Shown here piece after piece: positions 58,490 through 64,000 of a DNA stretch of 64,000 nucleotides. The translations under genes and the position numbers were made by a program. The first letter of the stretch is position 1. Each line of letters begins with the position of its first letter. The stretch is from Gemmatimonadales bacterium (GTDB taxonomy: Bacteria > Gemmatimonadota > Gemmatimonadetes > Gemmatimonadales > GWC2-71-9): positions 480,001-544,000 of the forward strand of contig JBBCJC010000001.1 in assembly GCA_037189525.1 (NCBI GenBank). The letters are read 5' to 3'. The notes below the pieces were generated by a model, which saw only the letters and a program-made list of their open reading frames with translations, searched no databases and was not told the origin of the DNA.

Positions 58490-59884
58490 CTACCGTCGTG
58501 ACGGCCGGTCTCCGACAGCTTTGAAGATCACGCCGTCCTTCATCACGAACGCCACCCGCTTCAGGACATTGACATCCTGGAGCGGGTTGCCCGTGACGGC
58601 GATGATATCGGCCGCAAATTCCGGCCGAAGAACACCCCGCTCCTGCTCCATCCCCAGCAGCTCAGCAGCGTTCGTCGTCATGGCGCGGATCAGATCCGCC
58701 GGAGGGATACCGGCTGCGTGCCAGCTGTCGATCACCGACATGGTGATCTCGCCCCGATCGTACCAGCCCGTCGGCGCGCGGACGATGTCGGCCCCGAACG
58801 CCATCCGAACCCCGATCCGATGGGCCCGCCGTAACCGGTCGATCGTGCGGTCATCCTGACTCGACCGCCCCGACTTCTCCATCCAGACACCGGCGGGATC
58901 GGTCCCCACTAGCACGACGCCGCGCTCCTTAGCCATCCTGAGCGTCTCATCGCTCATGATATAGCCATGCTCGATCGATGCGACACCGGCTTCGATCGAG
59001 GCCCGCGCCCCGGCTTCCGTAACGGCGTGGGTCGTCACCTTGGCGCCGCCACGCGCCGCTTCCTGCACAGCAAACCGGAGATCGTCGACGTCGTACGCGT
59101 AACGCTGATCGTCCACGATGAGCTTGATCCAGGTCGCGCCGTAGTGAATGTTCTGCCGGATGGCGGCCTGCAGTTCTTCTCGGGTATCGGCATAGAAGTA
59201 GTCCTGCTCACCGATGCGCGGGAACTCGGGGCTGACCCGGAACTGCGCCCCAAACGGAGCAATGATTTTCCCCGCGTAGACGATGGTGGGCCCGACGATC
59301 GGCCGGCCGCCCACGGCCATGCGGTCGACCACCGCATCGCCGTACACCCGGCGTCGAAGGGGATCGCCCTGGTTGAAGAAGAGCGCGAGCGCCGCGTCGG
59401 CGAAGTTGCCGGCATTCCCGAGATCGCGTACGGTCGTAAAACCTGCTGCCATCATCTGCCAGGCAAGCGCAATTCCCTGTAACGCCCGCTCCGGCGTCGA
59501 GACGATGAGCGCATAGTCCCGAAGGTTCGTAAAGGCGGGATCGTAGGCTGCCGTGAGATGGGTATGGGCATCGAAGAGCCCAGGGAGCACGACGTACTTG
59601 GAGAGATCGACGACCGTCGCACCGGCGGGCACCGGGAGGTTGGCACCGATCGCCGTGATCTTTCCTCCGGTGACGACAATGGTTTGCGCATCGATCGTGC
59701 GGCCCGCGACGGGATCGACGACGGCGCCCGCCTTGATCACCGTCACGGGCTCGGAAGTCGTCTGCCCATCGGCACTCCCGACCATTCCACCGACGAACGC
59801 CAGAGCAGCTACCCATCGACGAACCCCGCCGCCGATCCGTGCGACGACGCCTTCCGTTCCCAGACCTGTCTGCATCGGGGTCAT
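58490..59884 (-). CDS. Amidohydrolase family (Xaa-Pro dipeptidase-like)
   Basis: LPGLFDAHTH, GFTTVRDLG, WIK, SIEHG, FGAD, ADIIAV.GNPL.D. Confidence 0.9.
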   Translation of the reverse strand: MTPMQTGLGTEGVVARIGGGVRRWVAALAFVGGMVGSADGQTTSEPVTVIKAGAVVDPVAGRTIDAQTIVVTGGKITAIGANLPVPAGATVVDLSKYVVLPGLFDAHTHLTAAYDPAFTNLRDYALIVSTPERALQGIALAWQMMAAGFTTVRDLGNAGNFADAALALFFNQGDPLRRRVYGDAVVDRMAVGGRPIVGPTIVYAGKIIAPFGAQFRVSPEFPRIGEQDYFYADTREELQAAIRQNIHYGATWIKLIVDDQRYAYDVDDLRFAVQEAARGGAKVTTHAVTEAGARASIEAGVASIEHGYIMSDETLRMAKERGVVLVGTDPAGVWMEKSGRSSQDDRTIDRLRRAHRIGVRMAFGADIVRAPTGWYDRGEITMSVIDSWHAAGIPPADLIRAMTTNAAELLGMEQERGVLRPEFAADIIAVTGNPLQDVNVLKRVAFVMKDGVIFKAVGDRPSRR

Positions 59885-60115
59885 CCCTCGGCCCTCCCTC
59901 AGAGTTCCACCGAACCGTTCGTCCGCGAGTTCCCGGCTAGCGCCGGGTGATCTTTCATCCGGCAATCGAAGAAATTCGTCGCGGGCGGCCCGAAGCCAAT
60001 TGTCGAGTATAGCCGAAAACAAGGACGCCCGACTCCGAAACACCAGACTCCAGGCAACCACGCGGCATAGGGAATGGCGCCCCCACATCCCGCCGCGGAG
60101 CCCGGGATCGGCCGA

Positions 60116-60865
60116 CTATCGCTCCGTAATCCGGCGGACCACCTTCCCCTCGGCGTCGAGAAACTCCATCACCGGCGCTCCCGTGGAGTCCACCCGCAGC
60201 ACGAGACGGGGCCGGCCTTTCGGGTCCGCCAGGCGAACCACCGTCGCTCGGTCGGCATCCTTCCCGGCAAAGAACCGGACCGCGCTCACCTCGCCGAGTT
60301 CCGCCTGGCGCTGGCGCATCTGCTGCATTCGGGCGCGCTGCTCGGCGGTATCGGACAGCTTCCGGATCGCGATCGTACTGTCGAGCCACGGTTGCAGCGG
60401 CGCGGTGGGGCGATCATAGACGCGGACACCGGCGACACGCTGCCCGTTCACATCGCTGTGCGAGATCTGGACGACCTGATCCTGCTTGTGCTGATCGAAG
60501 GTCAGGCTGCCGCCGGCACGATAGCCGTTGGCCGAGTCAGCGCCCGAGAAGATCAGTCCGCCGGTTTCGTCGCCGACATCGTTGAAGAAGATGAGCCCGG
60601 CAGCCCGCGCGCCGGAGCGAATGGGATACGCCGTACCGCCCAGGACCGGATCAGGCAACCGCTCGCTGTTGGAGAGCGTCATGCGCAGCGTGCCATCGCG
60701 CTCGACGACATTGATGCGCTCGACGTCCAGCACCTGGAGTCTCTGCGGCTCTTTCTTCATCAGGGTCAGACCCAGGAGGATTGCGACCACGATCGTCATC
60801 ACCATCGCGTAGATCTTGAGGCCCTTCACATCCCGTTCGATCGTGCTACCGGTCGTCGCACTCAC
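60116..60865 (-). CDS. Membrane-anchored/exported hypothetical protein (paralogue of 3596-4330)
   Basis: VERINVVERDG, GLIFFND.G.E.GGL, LADPKGRPR; GTG start with GGAGG RBS. Confidence 0.75.
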   Translation of the reverse strand: MSATTGSTIERDVKGLKIYAMVMTIVVAILLGLTLMKKEPQRLQVLDVERINVVERDGTLRMTLSNSERLPDPVLGGTAYPIRSGARAAGLIFFNDVGDETGGLIFSGADSANGYRAGGSLTFDQHKQDQVVQISHSDVNGQRVAGVRVYDRPTAPLQPWLDSTIAIRKLSDTAEQRARMQQMRQRQAELGEVSAVRFFAGKDADRATVVRLADPKGRPRLVLRVDSTGAPVMEFLDAEGKVVRRITER

Positions 60866-61002
60866 GGCCCACCTCCAGTCGAATACGGTCTCGATCATCC
60901 CCGAAGCTCCACCGGCTCCGGATATTCACTCGTTTCTCGGCTCGGCCGGCGGCGACCCAGGCCACCCCCACCACGCTAGCACAGGCGCACGTGCGCGAGG
61001 GG

Positions 61003-62109
61003 CTATCCGCAGACGTTTCGGATCAGGCTGCGCATGTTGCCTCCGACGATTTTGCCCACCGCCCCATCGTCATATCCGGCGGCGGACAACGCCTCGGCCA
61101 CGCGGACCAGGCGGTCGGGGCCGTTGAGCTCGGCTGCCCGGATGTGGTCGGGTACCCGTTCGGTGCCCGGTAACCCTGGCGTCCGCTCCGCCCAGCCTCG
61201 CATTCCCCGAAGTTCGTCTTCGAGCGAGGCCACACCGAGCGATGGTCCATCGCTCGAGAAGGCGACATGATCGATGCCTACCAACTGTACCACATGGTCG
61301 ATGTGCCGGACCACATCCGCTACCGACGTGCGCGGCGCGGTGGTCAGCCAGAGCGACATGCTGAAGATGCCGATCACGCCGCCCTTGGCCGCCAGAGCGC
61401 GAATCTGAGCATCCGACTTGTTCCGCAGCGTGTCGTAGAGTGACCGGCACCCCGTGTGCGTGAAGGCGCAGGGCCGCTCGGACAACGCAATGGCCTCGTC
61501 CGTCGTCCGGTCGCTGCAGTGGGACAGATCGATGATCATCCTCAGCTCATTCATCCATCGCACCACGTTCTGTCCCAGACGGCTCAGCCCTCCGTCGCTT
61601 CCCTCCCGGTAGGCTTCGGCCACCGCATTCCGGTCGCTGTGCGTCAGTTGGAGGACGCGGAGCCCGAGATCGTGAAACAGACGGAGGTTGCGGGACGCAT
61701 CGGCCGGCGCGCCGAGGATCGACGCATCCTGACTGGCCAGGATCACGCCGAAGCGACCGGTGCTGACCGCCGTATCGAGATCGGCGGCGGTCAGCACCCG
61801 CTGGAACCCGGACCCGGGCGCGTTGAACGCGACGTTCCAGGTGGCGAGCGCCTGCACCGCGTTCTCGAAGGTACGCGGGAATGACCTGAGATCGACGATG
61901 GCGGCCGAGAGACCGGCAGAGACGGCGCGTTTGGGATCGAATGATGGATCGTCGACTGCAAGGCAGTCGATCGTCAGGCGGGCAGACGAGCGATCCGGCT
62001 GGCTGGAGGACCGTTTGGGCGGGGACATCAGCGGTGCCGGTACGGCAGCGGCGCCCATCGCGGCACCGAGCAGGTGCGTGAACCGCCGTCGGGAGTACGC
62101 CATCGCCAT
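61003..62109 (-). CDS. Tat-exported membrane dipeptidase (peptidase M19)
   Basis: SRRRF signal, LQLTH, IDLSH, FTH, RNKSD, GIDHVAFSSD. Confidence 0.88.
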   Translation of the reverse strand: MAMAYSRRRFTHLLGAAMGAAAVPAPLMSPPKRSSSQPDRSSARLTIDCLAVDDPSFDPKRAVSAGLSAAIVDLRSFPRTFENAVQALATWNVAFNAPGSGFQRVLTAADLDTAVSTGRFGVILASQDASILGAPADASRNLRLFHDLGLRVLQLTHSDRNAVAEAYREGSDGGLSRLGQNVVRWMNELRMIIDLSHCSDRTTDEAIALSERPCAFTHTGCRSLYDTLRNKSDAQIRALAAKGGVIGIFSMSLWLTTAPRTSVADVVRHIDHVVQLVGIDHVAFSSDGPSLGVASLEDELRGMRGWAERTPGLPGTERVPDHIRAAELNGPDRLVRVAEALSAAGYDDGAVGKIVGGNMRSLIRNVCG

Positions 62110-62156
62110 CGGCCGACCTCCTGTGAGCGCGGGTGCGATAGCCCCGCAACCGTATG

Positions 62157-62702
62157 CTATGCGGGTGATGCGACGGGCATATCCATGAACCGGGACAGCG
62201 CCCCGTGGAGGGTCGCCAGCGCCGCCGTCATCTGATTGGCCACCGTCTGCGGAGCGATGTCGAGCGTCTCGGCGATTTCCCGATAGGTCAGGCCGTGAAA
62301 GCGTGCTAGAACGAAGACCTCCCGGCGCCTGGTCGGCAGACCGTGCACCGCCTGGAGCACCGCCTGGTGAAGTTCCTCGCACTCGAGCACCTGGATGGGC
62401 GTCTGCAGCGGCGCGCCCAGCCAGCGGTGCTGCAATCGCAGCTGGCGCTCCCGAAAGCCCTCGGCTTTGATCTCATTGAGGGCCAGGTTCCGGGCAATCC
62501 GGTACAGCACGGCGCGCGGCACGGTCGAGGTCCACCACCGGGCGCGCTGCTCCCACAGTCGCACGAAGGCCTCCTGGACCACGTCCTCCGCCGCATCCTT
62601 GTCGTCGAGCAGGCGTCTGACGTAGACCACCAGTTCCTGCCAGTACTGCTCTACCAGCCACTGCAGCGCGTCGGGGTCGCCCGCGCGGAGGGAGGCCATC
62701 AT
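62157..62702 (-). CDS. ECF RNA polymerase sigma-70 factor (start may lie further upstream)
   Basis: AEDVVQEAFVRLW, LYRIARNLALN, LP.RRREVFVL...TYREIAETL. Confidence 0.92.
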   Translation of the reverse strand: MMASLRAGDPDALQWLVEQYWQELVVYVRRLLDDKDAAEDVVQEAFVRLWEQRARWWTSTVPRAVLYRIARNLALNEIKAEGFRERQLRLQHRWLGAPLQTPIQVLECEELHQAVLQAVHGLPTRRREVFVLARFHGLTYREIAETLDIAPQTVANQMTAALATLHGALSRFMDMPVASPA

Positions 62703-63081
62703 GGCTTCTCCCCCATCCGTCTCTTGCGGAACCCGCCTAGTCGCGCCGCGCTCCCGTTCACCCCGCCGGCGGGCCGCCCGGGGATCGTTCCGGGAAAACC
62801 GACGGTCTCTCCGTACCGGTTCGAGGACAGCGAGTTCGTTAGACACGGGACACGCCCTATTGGCTCGAGAGAGATCTCGTTCGTTGGCGGCCGGCTCGAT
62901 GCGATATCCCGGCGGCGCCCCTGCGGAACGGGGCATCGGTCGCAGCGCATCGATCGGCACCATACCACAAATCCATTATGTACGGACAAAACGACGATCG
63001 TATAGTACGGACCTTTCAACATGCCGTCAAGGTCGGGCCAGGAAGGTCTTGTTGGGAGACGGATAACGGCGGGAAGGCAGC

Positions 63082-63116
63082 AAAAAAGAACGGGAGACTG
63101 ATGCTCAGCCTCCCGT
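63082..63116 (-). terminator. Rho-independent terminator
   Basis: acgggagactga-tgc-tcagcctcccgt stem followed by a U-tract on the minus strand, downstream of the SusD-like gene. Confidence 0.8.
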
Positions 63117-63157
63117 CCTCCAACCCAGATCTCGCTCGGGACGCTCGATGAGCGCCG

Positions 63158-64000
63158 TCACATGTTGGGATTGGCGTCCTTCTCCGCGAGCGGCAACGGC
63201 AGGCAGGTCACGTTCCCATAGACCCCGCCGCCGGCACTCTGTGGATATGCCGTGCCCGCCGCGGGTGTGAACGGCAGGGCGTACCGCAGCAGATCGCCCA
63301 GATGGTGACTCTCGAGGAACAACTCGCGCCGGCGCTCCTCGATCACCTGCGCGCGAATCTCGGCCGCCGTCCCGCCCGCGAACGGCGGAATCCCGGCGGC
63401 GGCGTGCAGCGCATTGATGATATCGATGGCCACCTGGCCACCTTGCGCCTCGGCCACGATGAGCTGCGCCTCGGCGCTCCGCGCGATGGGAATCGAGGTG
63501 CCGGTCGTCTGGTATTTCTGCTGCAGCCAGAGCGGGGTGAGCGCGTTTTGACCGTTGCGCCCGGCATCCGTGACCGGCACGCGCGGATCCGCCACACCGG
63601 CCCACGCAACGCCACGGTATCCGTCCTCCACCGTGAAGTACGAGTTGATGTTGGTCGACTGTACGATGCTGTTGTAGCGTCGGGGCACCGTGTTGGCGAA
63701 TGTCGCGTTGCGGACATAACCTGCTGGAATGAGCGCCGCATCCGCTCCTGCCTCAGCCAGCTTCGCGGGATTGACGACCTGGCCGTTGGCGACGGCCAGA
63801 TTGAGGCGCGCTCGCGCCCTGCCGAGCAGCGCCATGTGCCGGATGGCGTCGGCCGACGATCCCGCCGCCTGCGCCGCGCCGATCGCCGCCGTGAGGCGCG
63901 TCTCCGCTTCCGTGAACGCCGCCGCGCGGGTCAGCTCCGGACCCGCGTCGATCGCCATCGAGCAATAACTCTCGGCCAGGAGGACGAGAGCGTACCCGGA
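63158..64000 (-). CDS. RagB/SusD-family nutrient-binding protein, C-terminal part (truncated by window edge)
   Basis: GYALVLLAESYC, AEAQLIVAEA, EERRRELFLE.H.LGDL.R, LPLP..EKDANPN. Confidence 0.88.
   Translation of the reverse strand, partial: SGYALVLLAESYCSMAIDAGPELTRAAAFTEAETRLTAAIGAAQAAGSSADAIRHMALLGRARARLNLAVANGQVVNPAKLAEAGADAALIPAGYVRNATFANTVPRRYNSIVQSTNINSYFTVEDGYRGVAWAGVADPRVPVTDAGRNGQNALTPLWLQQKYQTTGTSIPIARSAEAQLIVAEAQGGQVAIDIINALHAAAGIPPFAGGTAAEIRAQVIEERRRELFLESHHLGDLLRYALPFTPAAGTAYPQSAGGGVYGNVTCLPLPLAEKDANPNM

Overview
High-GC bacterial chromosome segment, probably Gemmatimonadota (inferred from the poly-Pro lipoproteins, RCC1-repeat lipoprotein, SusD-like protein, many secreted hydrolases and tandem PafB/PafC-type WYL pair). 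The flanks (about 1-19 kb and 44-64 kb) hold host-like genes: secreted hydrolases, nirK-cytochrome c fusion, ppc, MarR, ECF sigma, tRNA-Asn, plus several paralogue pairs and gene remnants. The centre (about 19.1-44.2 kb) is a mostly lower-GC defence island with no integrase in view. It contains a REase-NACHT protein, a SNF2/DUF262/DUF1156/HEPN-DUF499 operon, an AbiEi-like-HipA kinase fusion with twin palindromic operators, and the best candidate for an undescribed system: a tightly coupled operon of DNA amino-methyltransferase, protein kinase-P-loop ATPase fusion, tandem Rossmann/CARF-like protein and ThyX. Non-coding highlights are a PafBC-type promoter motif (TGWCACACCC-N6-NANNNT) ahead of pafBC, the SNF2/DUF499 operon and a lipoprotein gene, a ~500-bp degenerate array with 20-21 bp period, a decayed tRNA copy and an SD-sequestering hairpin. 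All family calls come from motifs read by eye; no searches or computations were run.
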